Below are positions 46,347-59,403 of a stretch of DNA of 64,000 bases, piece after piece. The DNA comes from Curvularia clavata (Eukaryota). The stretch's first letter is position 1, and every line of letters starts with the position of its first letter. The notes under the pieces were generated by a model that did not search any database, was not told the DNA's origin, and saw nothing but the letters and a program-made list of their open reading frames with translations. The position numbers and the translations under genes are program-made. Location: NCBI GenBank assembly GCA_023920165.1, contig CP089274.1:5208001-5272000 (forward strand), read 5' to 3'.

Positions 46347-46615
46347 GGCGGCGTTGAACGTGAAAGATGTGGTCGGCGAATGTTTTCAGATGCTTCCGAT
46401 GGGCTCTTGACGCCCACGTGAGAGCGCGGGGGAGATTCTGGGCTAACGGCTTGGCTGGGCGCGTCGCGAAGCGTGAGTGATTGCCGCACGCCATTGTTCT
46501 CGCAGAGTGCATTTGCTGTATGACAATCCTGCAGTGCCTACCTGAGGCCTCTGAAGTGCTCTATAAACACTGAAGGCCCAAAGAATAAGGCTTTGTAGCG
46601 ACACCACTTGCCAAT

Positions 46616-48957
46616 ATGCCACCACGAGGGCGCGGTCCTCAGCGAGGTGGGCGATAGTAACAAGACGAGATGATGCCTATGTGCTAACATGCTTTGTAGG
46701 TGCAGATACTATTCGCATACTCGTCGCTACAGACAGCCACGTCGGATACAACGAGCGCGATGCGGTACGAAAAGACGATAGTTGGAGGACTTTCCACGAG
46801 GTCATGTGCCTAGCCAAAGAGCACGATGTGGACATGGTGTTGCACGCTGGAGACCTTTTCCATGAGAACAAGCCGTCAAGAAAGTCCATGTTTCAGGTTA
46901 TGCGCTCACTACGCATGAACTGCCTTGGGGAAAAGCCATGCGAACTAGAGATGCTGAGCGATGCGAGTGAGAACTTTGGCGGCATGTTTGACCACGTCAA
47001 CTACGAAGACGAGGACATCAACATTGCAATCCCAGTTTTTGCTATACATGGTAATCATGACGACCCATCGGGGGAAGGTTCTTTCTCTCCACTTGACTTA
47101 CTGCAGGCATCTGGGTTTGTCAACTACTTCGGGCGCACACCGGAAGTGGACAAGATAGCAGTCAAGCCAGTGCTGCTCCAAAAAGGCGGTACGAAGCTGG
47201 CATTGTACGGACTGAGCAATGTTCGAGACGAGCGTTTGTTTCACACCTGGCGAGACGGCAATGTCAAGTTCTTCCAACCCGGTACACAGAAGGACGAATG
47301 GTTCAATCTCATGAGCGTTCATCAGAACCATCATGCACACACACCAACAAGCTACCTACCCGAGAACTTCCTCCCTGACTTCATGGATCTTATTGTATGG
47401 GGCCACGAGCATGAGTGCCTAATAGATCCACGGTACAACCCTGAGATGGGGTTCCACGTTATGCAGCCAGGCTCGTCAGTTGCAACATCTCTGATGCCAG
47501 GCGAAGCCGTGCCGAAACATGTGTGTATTCTGAGCATCACTGGTAAAGAGTTTACGACTGAAAACATCCGGCTGAAAACCGTGCGGCCTTTCATCATGAA
47601 AGAGATTGTTCTAGCAGAAGAGAGGGAGATCAAGCAAAAGGAGCTGTGGCGCGTGAGCGATAACCGTACAAAGATTACACAGTATTTGAACAAAATCATC
47701 GAAGATCTCATTGAAGAAGCAAAACGGGAATGGTTAGAGCTTCAGACAGATCGTGAAGAAGGCGACGACATCGAGATTCCGCTTCCACTTGTTCGCTTGC
47801 GTGTTGAATACACTGCTCCTTCACCGGGCGAGTTCCACATTGAGAATCCACAGCGCATCTCAAATCGCTTCATGAAAAAGGTAGCGAATGTCAATGACAT
47901 AGTACAGTTTCATCGAAAGAAGAAACAATCAACCAAGGCTCTGAAAAACAACATCGACGAACCAGACGATCAAGTACTAGCGGAGCTATCAATCGACTCG
48001 ATAAAGGTTGACAAGTTAGTCAAGGAGTTCTTGACAGCGCAGACGTTGACAATACTACCACAAAACTCGTTCGGAGATGCTGTTTCACAGTTCGTTGACA
48101 AGGACGATAAACACGCCATGGAGACTTTTGTCAAAGAAAGTCTCACGACTCAGCTCAAGCATCTTATGGATGCCAATGAAGTCGATGAAGAGGAAATTGG
48201 AAAAGAGATGGCAGAGTTTCGAGAACAACTAGAAGATTTGTTCGCTTCAGGTCAGCTGAAGAGAACTCGCAAGTCCAAGACCAAGCCAAAGCCAGATGGC
48301 TGGGACAGTGATTTCGAGGGCCATTGGGCGGACCAACCTGGTGCTATCATTCGCTCCGACAACGAGGAGGAGAAGGAGGATGATGAGAGCCTTGCTTCAA
48401 TACCGACGAGGAAGGCTGCTCCACGAGGCCGCGGAAAAGCTACTGGCACAACTCGTCAAACAGCTGCAACCACAAAGAAGGCAGCACCCGCTGCCAAAAG
48501 CACTCGAGGCAAGAAAAAAGTAGTAGTAGAAGAGGAGGAAGAGGACGAGGATGACAATGACGTTATAATGGTTGACGATGATGATGACGAAGACAGCGCA
48601 GAAGACCTATTCGTAGCATCACAAAAGAAGCCTCCAGCAAGAAAGCCAGCTGCCAGAACGACAAAAGTGCCTGCACGGGCGAAATCACCAGCGAAAAAGA
48701 CACCTGCCACGCGGGCAAAGGCGCCATCCACGCAGACAAAATTGAATTTTTCGCAGACGCCGTCACAGCCCAACCAGCCGACGCGACCTGTCCCATCACG
48801 TGGAAAGCAGGTTCGAGAACCAGTATGCACCCTTGTTCAAATCCATCTAGTATACACACATGCTAACTAATACCTACAGAGCGATGATGAGATCGAGTCT
48901 GACGACGCTTTTGAGTCCGCCCCACCTCCAAGTACTCGCCCCACCCGCAGGAGGTAG
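46616..48957 (+). CDS. MRE11: Double-strand-break repair nuclease Mre11; exons 46616-46646, 46700-48822, 48880-48957
   Basis: Phosphoesterase motifs ATDSHVG, GDLFHENKPS, HGNHDDP, HQNH, WGHEH. Confidence 0.96.
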
Positions 48958-49898
48958 GCTGCTGTCTTTCACCTTGAGATGTTGTTTTAAGAAAAAACGA
49001 AGGAATCTGAAAGGATAATAGGCGGTGTGTGTACGTGGGCCATACAGCAGGTTGAAGGCGTTTAGGTGTCAAGCTAGCGAGAACAATAGGCTTTACCATG
49101 TGGAAACTCGGCGAGGCATACTGAATCAAAATTACATCACTTGCTCCCTCTTCCACAATCAGTGAAACCGGAAAATGGCGGCCTAACCCACCCTACTTTC
49201 CAAGGTAGCTACAGTTGTCACAGTTATTTACAAGTGTTGACAGCTTGTCTTTGTAGGGGAGCTCGTTTTGATGATCCGTTCTCACTACTTGTGGCTCTCT
49301 CATATGCTCTCAATTACAACTTCTGCGTTCTTGCTATCACGTGGACCATATCAATAGCGCTTTCCGTATTCACCATGGAAGTTGACCACGCTCCTGTCGT
49401 CTCCGCTTCCCCACGATCTTCGCCGTCGTTTGCGAGGTACTCGTTGTCACTGCCGCTTCGTCTCTTTCCACATTCACCGTGGGTAGTCGCAGCAAACGTA
49501 GAGCTATAACAACCTTCCCATCGTCTTGTTCACTTCTCCAATACAACACAAAAACTCACAATCACTCATTTTGGTCTCCTCTCTTTGCTTGCCCTCCCTT
49601 CTTTCACATTGCTGCACTCTGGCTTTTGGTTAGCGGTAACTTCCCTCGTTGTTCACATCGATCAGCTTTGAGGTAGGTCGGTGGTCCTCCCATCGCCATG
49701 GCATACACTTCCAGCAGCACGCTCAAGGGTACATGCTCGCGAACCAAGATTAACAGCGAAAGGATATTTGCATCAAACCATCTCAGCCCTCTTCGCCTTT
49801 TTGACTTGCCGTCCCATTGGCCGAACGATACCGACAAACGCACCCAGGTTAGCGCCTCGTCACGCACGGTATCCGTCTCCGGTGACGGGTGACCCATA

Positions 49899-52800
49899 AT
49901 GTCGCTGGCATACAAGGTGGACGAGCTGCTTGCACTCCGGGATTCGGTCTCGGAATCAGCCGTGTCAATCGAGAAGTTTGCCGATGAGGACGTCATCAGA
50001 GGTTGGTGATGGGCTCACCTGGTCTTCACCTTTCACCTTTCACCCTATCCCCACACAATAGTTTTATCCCTCAAATCTACTTGAATACCCGTGCTCCTGT
50101 CGCCTTACCTTACCTTACCTTACCTTACCTTACGCCACCCCTTATCTCGTCTTCCTCTATCCTTTCCACATCTGCACACAATTACTGAGATTCTTTTTAT
50201 CAGAACACGTCTTGCGTCCATCCGCATCCGCAGCAGCAAATCTGAACAGTAGGTCATCGAACAGTCTGCGACCCCCTGCCGCCCCAGCTCCCACTCCCGT
50301 CGCACCTCAGAAACGCCCATCGCCTTCTCCGTCACTGAAACGAGGAAAAGCCGAGAAACTCCTCAAGGAGCACGGCAGTCCACCTGGCCTGCGAGTAACC
50401 GCAGGTGGTCGGATTGTTCCCAGCGACCTCCCACCGCTTGGAACTTCTCGATACAGCGACGCCGTTTACAGACAACAGCAATCATTGCGAGCTGCTTCCG
50501 GCAACGTCATGGCAATGCAGAATCATCCAAACAGCAGCAATCTTGCGAGAATCGAGGTTGTCAATGGCCAACCCGTTGTTTTCGTCGGCGATCGCATGTT
50601 TGCCCTCCCAGCAGTCAACACCACCACCTCTGCACTGCCTGTGAATGGCGTTGCCGCCATGGATCCAACCATGAAGCGAGCTCCTGAGCCGCCTACCCCG
50701 GGTATACATGGTGCTATGCCAGGGAGCTACGGTGGTCCATCACGTTCTGCCACTCATACTCCGTTTGCTGGCTTGGACCTTGCAACACTGAAGACGCAAC
50801 AGACCCTGAAGAAGCAAGAGCTGAAAGTAGTCGAACAGACCGAAGTTCTGCAAGCCAACCACCAGAATGAGGCGTGGCGAGCGGCAATGATCGAGAAGAA
50901 GCGCTCTCTCATCATCGAGCTCGATGCTTTGAGGAAGCAGATATCGGCAATGGAGACGGGTGCTACGACAGCGCAGCCTTCTCCCATACCCACCGCGATC
51001 AGTGCATCCGCAACGCCGATACCCTCCTTTGCAGTTCAGGGTCAACCGCCTTTTACTCCTGCGATGTACCCATTCCCTGCTGTCAATCAATTCGTGCCGG
51101 TGCCGACACCAATGTACCAACCTCAGCCGCAGCCTTACAGTGGTTACCCTAGCTTTTCCACAGTGGAGCCGGCAGCATTTGTCCCAAGCATAATCACTCC
51201 TCAGGCAGCGCACTCTCCTCCAGGATCAGCCAACCGCCGCTCCTGCGCCATTGAGATCAAGCCTCCGCCTCCCGAAGATAGCAAGAAGCCGTCGGCCCTG
51301 AATCCGAAGAGCCCCACGTATGAGCCAGCCACCAAATCCAATGCCTTGAAGGAGCCTGTACCGCCTACTCCTTCGCCAGACAAGTCATCCCCTTGGCATG
51401 TCCAGGAGGCCTCGGTATCTGTCAAGCACGAGTACGGAACAGCGAGCCGAAAGCACAGCCTATCCAGCGTTGACACCACGGATTTCTTTCCCACCAATAC
51501 ACATGAGCATTCATCTACACGAGTAGCACCACAGGCCAAGGACATCAAAGAGCCTGCAGTGTCTGCCGCTGGTCCAACTACGCCTGAGAAGAACTGGCCT
51601 GCCAGCCCATGGAACGAGGGACAATCAGGTCACTCGAGCAAGCGTGATCCGACACCCAAGCTTACGTCATGGCCAGAGGCATTTGGCAAACAGTCTTCAC
51701 AGCAATCTCTGCGGCCGAGTACCACAAACCAGTCCTTGTCCGCATCAGGACAGAATTCAGCTGTGGGTGTGACCTTGACAGCATCTCTGGCGGCATCCTC
51801 TCGCAGCAGCAATGCAACTGCCAAGACGCACTCTGGTCAACAAAGCAGCGCAAACCAGAGCTGGCTGCTTCCCGAAAAGCCAGTGATACATGTCCCATCG
51901 ACGTATCAAGAAGGCTACCAGGCTGGCTACGATCACGTTGGTATCCCCGATAACGCAGAGGTCCTGCAAGGTTATATCCAGGGTCTCTTGCACTTCCTCA
52001 CGGATGAGTCGAAGAAACGCCAGGCCGAGTACCAACGCCATGCTAGCTCCAGAACTCCTTCGCTAAGGGGACTGGTTGCTGACTCTCTGCCTCATGATCC
52101 CATCTTTGGCACAGGCATCAGCCGTAACAGCCTGAACGGTGAGCAGGAGAATGTTCGATTGACAAAGACGAGCCCGAGCGATGATGGCCGCCACAACAAT
52201 GGATACAACTTACAGGGCCACTTTGTGGACACATCTGGTTCCTACATGACGGGCCATAAGATGGCACAGCAGTCAGGGCACCGAGTCGCCTCGAGCACAC
52301 AGCATTCCAAGCCTCCTAGTCTTTTCCTACCACGAATGACGTCTGGCCTCGGGCAAGCCGTGGGTTCAAATGGCCAGAAGGACGCGAGCAAAGGGATGAT
52401 GCACAACCAAGGTACTTCGTTCCATGGTGACTTGCACTCGAACGAAGAGACTCCTCAGCCGTTTGTGGGCACTCAGATACAGAATCGCAGCCAGGGCGCA
52501 TCGTTGACCATGCAACGCCTGTATAGCACAGCCAAAGAGCGAGGATCTCATGAGCTTAGTGGCTATGCCAGGCCTCCCAGCCGGGCTTTTGCTGACCTCC
52601 GCTTGACAGGGCTTGATGGCGCTATGGACGACCTGGCCGAGATGATGACGGATACGCAGATTGACGAAGGTCGCACGAGTGCATCGGCAGAGAAGCAGAC
52701 TCCTGTGGAGCATGAAGACATGGATGCGTCGTGCTTCAAGTCGAGCAACAAGGGCAAGCAGAAGGCAACATCGTCGCCAGCAAAGACGACCGACACAGAG

Positions 52801-53049
52801 CGCGAGACGGCAGCGTCGTCACGTACGAACACTCCCGGTTCGCCCAAGAAGGCTGGGGAGCATTCGCCTGCAAAGGTCAAGCTGGAGCAAGTGACCAACA
52901 AGTTCCGTCGCGGCAAGAAGGACGAGGGTCGAACCATGTCGCCTGATGAGAGGACCAAGCGTTCGGAGAAATGGCGACAGCGGTTTCAACAGCTCAAGAG
53001 GACCGAGATGGACGAGATCGAGGCGTACCGTAGGAACTCGCGTACTTGA
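49899..53049 (+). CDS. Uncharacterised ~980-aa low-complexity protein, candidate eIF4E-binding protein; exons 49899-50001, 50204-53049
   Basis: Exon 1 MSLAYKVDELLALRDSVSES.. joins the 945-aa ORF in phase via GTTGGT..CTGAG..CAG intron; function is inferred. Confidence 0.78.
50103..50133. repeat. (CCTTA)6 pentanucleotide microsatellite inside an intron
   Basis: ccttaccttaccttaccttaccttaccttac. Confidence 0.9.
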
Positions 53050-54258
53050 GTACTCAGGGACTTTCTAATCGAGTTGAAGCATGGCTAGGCGGAGCACGGT
53101 TATGGCTATGAAACGGCGTGAAGGGGTTCACACAGGAGCCAGGTCACGCAATGTGCTTGGCAGGTTTGTTTGGTCTGTTTTATTTTCCTTTGTTTCTTTC
53201 TCTTTCGGCACGCAACAGGTGGGCATGGTAATAGGGGTGGAGATGGAAAGGGGAAAGGGGGCTATAGTTGCATGTGTTTCTGTCGGTATTGTTTTTGCCC
53301 AAGTATGGCTTGCATACGGAGTAGGGAGTGCATGATCAAGTAGACGGTATAGTCAGCCGTCTTGGGCAGCAGAATAATGGTAATAGTAATACAATGATTT
53401 GACACAAGGCACACAGGGCGAAGAGGCGTGGTTGGGTGGCCGTGTTCATGTCAGGCCCATTGGGAAGATGGGATGGTATGGTATGGTGAGATGAGATGGG
53501 ATTCAGCATGGCGGTGGTAGACCGGGCCCGGAGAGGCACCATGACCCAAACAAGACAAGTCTAGACCGGATCAGCGATATACGCCACGGCCAGTGGATGC
53601 AAGCAGTGGAAGCATGCGTTCATCAGGGCGAAGCGCAACGCCACAGGGCGAGCTGAAGATAGCCAGGAGAGCAGGCCGAGCGGAGGCTGAGCTGGTGATG
53701 GGGATGGGGATGCAGGCGGTGATGCGATGACGTACGGAGGCAGTGAAGGTGTGTTGGTGCTGATAAATGGCGGAAGGCCGTGGCAGTAGACGAGTGCTTG
53801 GAAATCCAGCGGCCGCGCGGTGGTAACCAGTCTCCACCCGTCGCCGTCGTTGATTCGCCGCCGCCGCCGTGATTGTATCCGGCACGGCTCTGGCTTCCTT
53901 CCTGTACCCAGCCCGCCCTGCCTATCCTATTCTACCCTGCCCTGCCCTCTGTCTCCTCCACCTCTTTCTTCTCCTCGCCCTCTGCCCAGCTTGGCACTGC
54001 ATCGTCTTCGCCGCCACCGCCGCCGCCGCTGTTCCTCTAGCCAGCCGCCAGGGACCTTCCTTGACGTCTGCCGTCGACGCTCCAGCCGCACGCACCGCGA
54101 CCCTGAGACATTACCCTCCCGCCGTGCCATGGCCCACTGACCGTGCTACGCGCCCGACAACTCCCTGAGCCCACGCCTTCGCCTCACTACGTGCCAAAGA
54201 CTAGCTGTGGCCCCTCTCCGCTACGCGCCTTTTCCCATCCCGCTCCTCGACGACGGCT

Positions 54259-56366
54259 ATGACGCAGCTCTTCAACTCGTCCCCATCCAGCCACTCCACC
54301 ATGACTGAGAAACGCACCTTCACCGGCAAGGCCATGTCCACCAACAAGTCGGTCAATGCAAAGGATGGCCAGGTCTCGCAGCGTATCAAGAACTTCTTCC
54401 GCATCAACAGCAGCAACGACGCCCAGAAACTCGCCGCCGACGACGCCTCCAGTGGCACCAAGAACGAGAAGTCGGGATTTCGCCAGTCACGATTCATCCC
54501 TCACATCACTCGCAATCGCTCCCAGACCGTCGCCAGCGAGGGCAATCCATTGGACGACAGCCTTTCGCCCACCGCCCATGCCAACCCCTACTTTGCCCAT
54601 CAGGGACCTCCTGCCCTGCGCCATCACAACGAGGGCAGCGTCCCTCCATCTCCCCCAGATACGCCCGCCATACCAAAGACACAAGTCAACGGTGCCAATG
54701 CCCCCGAGGATGACGATCATGCCACGTCGGCTGGAAAAGAGGAATTGGCAAGGAAATTGCGTAGGGTAGCTTCCGCGCCAAACGCCCAGGGCTTGTTCGC
54801 GTCTGGAAAGTCCAATGAACGACCCCAGACTGCAGAACTCGGCAAACAGCCTGTTCTGCATCATCCAAACTCGTCCACCCTGAGCATGGTCGAAACCCAG
54901 TCGCAAGACTCGACTCATCTCCTGCCCAGCGACGCTAACAAGCCAATTCCAAGCCCGGGCCAGATTCGCCAGTCTGTGGCTTTCAGAAGAACATACAGCT
55001 CAAATTCCATCAAGGTTCGAAACGTCGAGGTCGGCCCGGGCAGCTTTGACAAGATCAAGCTGATCGGTAAGGGTGATGTTGGAAAGGTCTATTTGGTGCG
55101 AGAGAAGAAGTCTAGCAGGCTTTACGCTATGAAGGGTACGATACACTGTTCTGGTGTCGAGATTCCATGCTAATAATATCCAGTGCTGAGCAAGAAGGAA
55201 ATGATTAAGCGAAACAAGATCAAGCGTGCGCTGGCTGAGCAGGAAATTCTGGCGACCAGCAACCACCCCTTTATTGTTACTCTATACCACTCTTTTCAAT
55301 CAGAAGACCATCTCTACCTCTGCATGGAATATTGCAGTGGTGGTGAGTTCTTCCGCGCTCTGCAGACACGACCAAACAAGTGCGTTGACGAGGATGCGGC
55401 GAGGTTCTATGCGGCAGAGGTTACGGCAGCGTTGGAGTATCTGCACTTGATGGGCTTCATCTATCGAGATTTGAAGCCAGAAAGTAAGACGCTTCGCTAA
55501 TTTCTCAAAAGTACGATACTAATCCTTTTAGATATCCTCCTTCATCAGTCCGGTCACATCATGTTGTCAGACTTTGATTTGTCGAAACAATCCGACACTG
55601 GCGGTCGTCCTACCATGATTCTCAGCGGCCGAAGCGGTACTTCATCGACCAATCTGCCAACTATTGACACCAAATCATGTATCAACAATTTCCGAACCAA
55701 CTCATTCGTTGGTACCGAAGAGTACATTGCGCCAGAAGTTATCAAGGGATGTGGACACACAAGTGCGGTTGATTGGTGGACCCTTGGAATCCTGATCTAC
55801 GAAATGTTGTACGGAACTACACCCTTCAAGGGCAAGAACCGCAACGCGACTTTTGCAAATATTCTCCGAGACGAGGTACCGTTCCCAGAGGGTCATGGTG
55901 CGCCGCAAGTGTCAAAGTAAGTCTGCACAAAACTAGTCTATAGTATTGTTTTCTAACGCACCATAGTCTTTGCAAGGCCATCATCCGCAAGCTGCTCATC
56001 AAGGACGAGACACGCCGGCTTGGCTCACGTGCCGGTGCCTCTGATATCAAGAGTGCACCCTTCTTCAAGACCACGCAGTGGGCGCTGCTCCGACACATGA
56101 AGCCACCAATCATTCCCCACCAGGGCCAAGGCATAGAAACACCAAACTTCCGAAATGTCAAGGAGTCGCAGAGTGTGGATATCGGTGCCGCAAAGTCCAA
56201 GGGTGTGCCGCTAGACTCAGGCCTGGCTACACCTATGGGCGAAGTTGCAGATCCCTTCGAGGAGTTCAACAGCGTCACCCTCCACCACGATGGCGACGAT
56301 CATCATGACCATCACATGAGCGATTCTGGACATTACGACCTCTCGCAAACCAACTCGCATCGATAG
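54259..56366 (+). CDS. nrc-2: AGC Ser/Thr kinase NRC-2 / Fpk1-Kin82 (flippase kinase) family; introns 55136-55183, 55484-55531, 55917-55966
   Basis: [27 protein letters not shown] (DFD in place of DFG), [15 protein letters not shown]; start at 54259 or 54301. Confidence 0.92.
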
Positions 56367-57120
56367 AACGAGTAGGATTTGCACTCTACAGGTGGGGCCT
56401 TTGTTAGGAAGGTCACTCGTACGCGCTTCTCTTCTCGACTCTACTTATTTGCTTTCGATGCATCATAGACAGATGTGCGTCTTTCATGTCATTGGCGTTC
56501 CAGGGGTATCCACTTCGTTTGTGTTACATGGGCATTTTTTCAATCTTTCAAGTCAGCATCTCTCAGTTACAAAATCTTTTCGGCGTTGTTTGTTGTGCTT
56601 TAGGCGCACTGAATGTTGAAGGACACGCAGTATAAAGGGGCAGCTTGAATTGCAGGCTGCAGGACGATGTCGACAGGACTTGTGATTATAGGACAGGGAA
56701 AATAACCACAAAACATCTTTTCATGGATTATACGTGCATCGAGTCGTGACCAATTTGTTTCAAAAGTGATGGATGGTAAACGTGCATGGGCCACTCGGAG
56801 TTTGCGGGGAAGACGCGACGACCGATTCGTAGGATTGATTGATTGTTTCCAACGCGACGAGTGTTTTCCAGCACCACGCATTCACGAACTCTGTTCAAAG
56901 AAGATCTCTTGCTGAACAAGAGACTGCCATATCCATAAACGGCCTCCTCATACTACGAATCCTCATCTCCTCTCATAACCCAACCATCGTACAGTCAACA
57001 ACCCCGCGCCTCCCACCACAAAGGACCTATCCACGCGTAATTCCAAGCCGTCGATATACCACATAACCTACGCTCAAATACCAAAGAGAAGAACTACTCC
57101 TCGACAAGAGACAAAGAACC

Positions 57121-57535
57121 ATGGCATCCGACCCGCAAGACCCCACCATAGACCCCGACGACGAAACCCTCACCCCACTCGAGCAAGAAGTCTTAGATGA
57201 ATACGCAAGATTACTCGAGAACCTGAATACTGTATGCGTCCCTCTATTTTCACCTTGTCCCCTTATCCCCTTACCACTACACCTCTGTATCACCTCCCTG
57301 ACCCACCAACCCTATGGTTGTCGCGAACACAGCTAACGCCTCCAAGATGTCCAGCCTCCTCCACACGCTTTCCAACGCCCCCAGCGCTGCTATCCTCGAC
57401 GGCCTGCGCGGCCTCGAGCGCAAGACATCGCTTGTGTTTACGTTGTTGAAAGCAAGTGTGTATAGTATTGTGTTGAATCAGCAGATTGAGACGGGTGGGG
57501 AGGAAACTATGATGCAGGGCGAGGAGGAAGATTAG
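57121..57535 (+). CDS. DAD3: DASH/Dam1 complex subunit Dad3; exons 57121-57231, 57347-57535
   Basis: LTPLEQEVLDEYARLLENL..ILDGLRGLERKTSLVFTLLKASVYSIVL. Confidence 0.9.
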
Positions 57536-57562
57536 CAAAGGAGGAGCAGAGAGGGGCTGGGA

Positions 57563-57580
57563 TGAGAGAGAGAGAGAGAG
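57563..57580. repeat. (GA)n microsatellite in the DAD3 3' region
   Basis: About 8-9 GA units. Confidence 0.8.
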
Positions 57581-57830
57581 GAAAAAGTTATGATACCCCC
57601 AAGAGAGAACGAAAGGATAATGTACATGGGCAACATGAAGTTTTCTTGTTGAAGCAGTTGGTGAGAAGCCTGAGATATGATATACACGAGAGATTTCTAC
57701 AGCTCTATTCATGCACGCAGAAACACACAATCTGCATTTCACCTCAATATCATGTCATGTATATAGTACACACAAATCTTCATCTTTTCGCCCTTGGCCA
57801 ACCTATCATACAAGCAAGGTTCGTATTCAT

Positions 57831-59201
57831 CTAGTGTATAGATCCTCCATAGTAAACCTTGCGCACATCAACCAGCTTCTTGCCTCTTGCTCGGGCGATC
57901 TCGTCGGGCAGCTTCTGGCTGGTGAGTGCTTCCCAGGTAGCTTTGATGACGTTCATTTTATTTCTTGAGCGCGGGGTTTTGGCAGAGAGGTCTTGGAGGC
58001 CGGCGGCGCGGGCGAGTTCGAAGATGAGGTGTTGGACGCGGAGACCGAAGCCTGTGGAGTTACATGGTTAGGCGGGAGTTTCGCGCAATCATAGGGGCAT
58101 TATTCGAGAGACAGCAGGATATGAACAAAAGGAAGCAAAAAAAAAAAACTTACCTGGTGGTCGTGCAAAGAGCTGCACCTTTGTCGCGCCAACCTTCTTC
58201 TCCAAATCGCCAAATGTCGTCCTGTTCTCATACCGTGGGACGGGCCTCATATTCCTAATCGCACTCATGATGCTTTGTTTCCTGCCTTCTTCGGGCTCTA
58301 CAGACTTGCCCTCACCTACACCTAGCAAACCATCCTGGTTCCCCGCAATAGTGAGGTAGTATAAACTCCTGATCTTGCCCATGCGAGTCTGGTTCGTCAC
58401 ACCGTGAACAACCAGTGTCTTGGTCCTAATAGTGCGCAGCTTCTGCTTGTCCCAACCCAGGTACTGCAAAAGGCGCTTCTGTCTTGGGTCCTCTTCTTCT
58501 TCGGTAGAGAGCCGGCGGGTCTGGCGTGCCATACGGTTTTCTACCCTGGGTAGATCCGGTGCAATCACGGAGTGGCGCTCATCGCCCAATGCCTGGAGCG
58601 CGGCGGGGTTGTTCGAGGTGTATGTCGCACGTGGATCAAGGGCGGCCTGGGTGATTGCTGCGTCCATGGCATTCTGTAGGCCTGGGTCGTCTTCTGGTAT
58701 GCCGTCCGGGTACATCTTTGCCAAATTCTCCGATGCGATACGGGATATGTTCTCGTCGCGCTCCACCTCGTTGGCAATTCGGAATGTCTTTGGGCCTTCA
58801 ATGTCGTCGCCGGTCAGCTTCTCCGGTCGGTCGGTGACTGGATCCACTTCTGCGAGATCGTCCTCGTAGTTGAGGCGCCAAAAGTCGGTTCTCCGCTGAC
58901 CCTGCGTGAGGACATCTCGGGCATCGATTGTATTTTCGGCGGCTTTGATGGCGGCGATTTGCGAGGGCGTGTATTTCTTTTCGAGCAGCGCAGTCTCGTC
59001 TGTGTTGTACTTGGGGTACTCAGCCTCAGCGGCCTGGTTGAGGAGCTTGAGTTCGTCTGCCTTGATCGACGGGTAATGCGGTCTTCTCTTGCGGGCTTGT
59101 CGAGATGCGGAGGCGTGGAAAGTTCGTTGCGGAGGTGGTTTAGGAAGGGTCGTTGACGCTGCCTTGGTAAAGAGACATCTTGCGGGGCGGCAGACGCTCA
59201 T
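57831..59201 (-). CDS. MRPS5: Mitochondrial ribosomal protein uS5m; exons 59201-58154, 58051-57831
   Basis: Presequence-like N-terminus; [48 protein letters not shown]. Confidence 0.92.
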
Positions 59202-59403
59202 TGTTGCCCTTGAGCCACCGTGCGAAGGCCAATTGAGCGTGGACAGGCGGTAATTGCGGGTTTCCTGCGACCTTGGTGGTGCTCGAAAGTGAAGTTCGGA
59301 AAGTTCGTCTGACTAAGCGCATGGGTAGGAAATGCTGTAGCCAATCACATCTCCCTCCAAATGAGTGACTAACGTAACTTTTCTCGACTGAGATATTTGG
59401 TGC

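Noticed and set aside
50002..50203. 202-nt intron containing CTGAGA and ATACCC as a possible TPP riboswitch
   Set aside because: Motifs are in the wrong order, the remaining aptamer elements are missing, and the host gene is unrelated to thiamine
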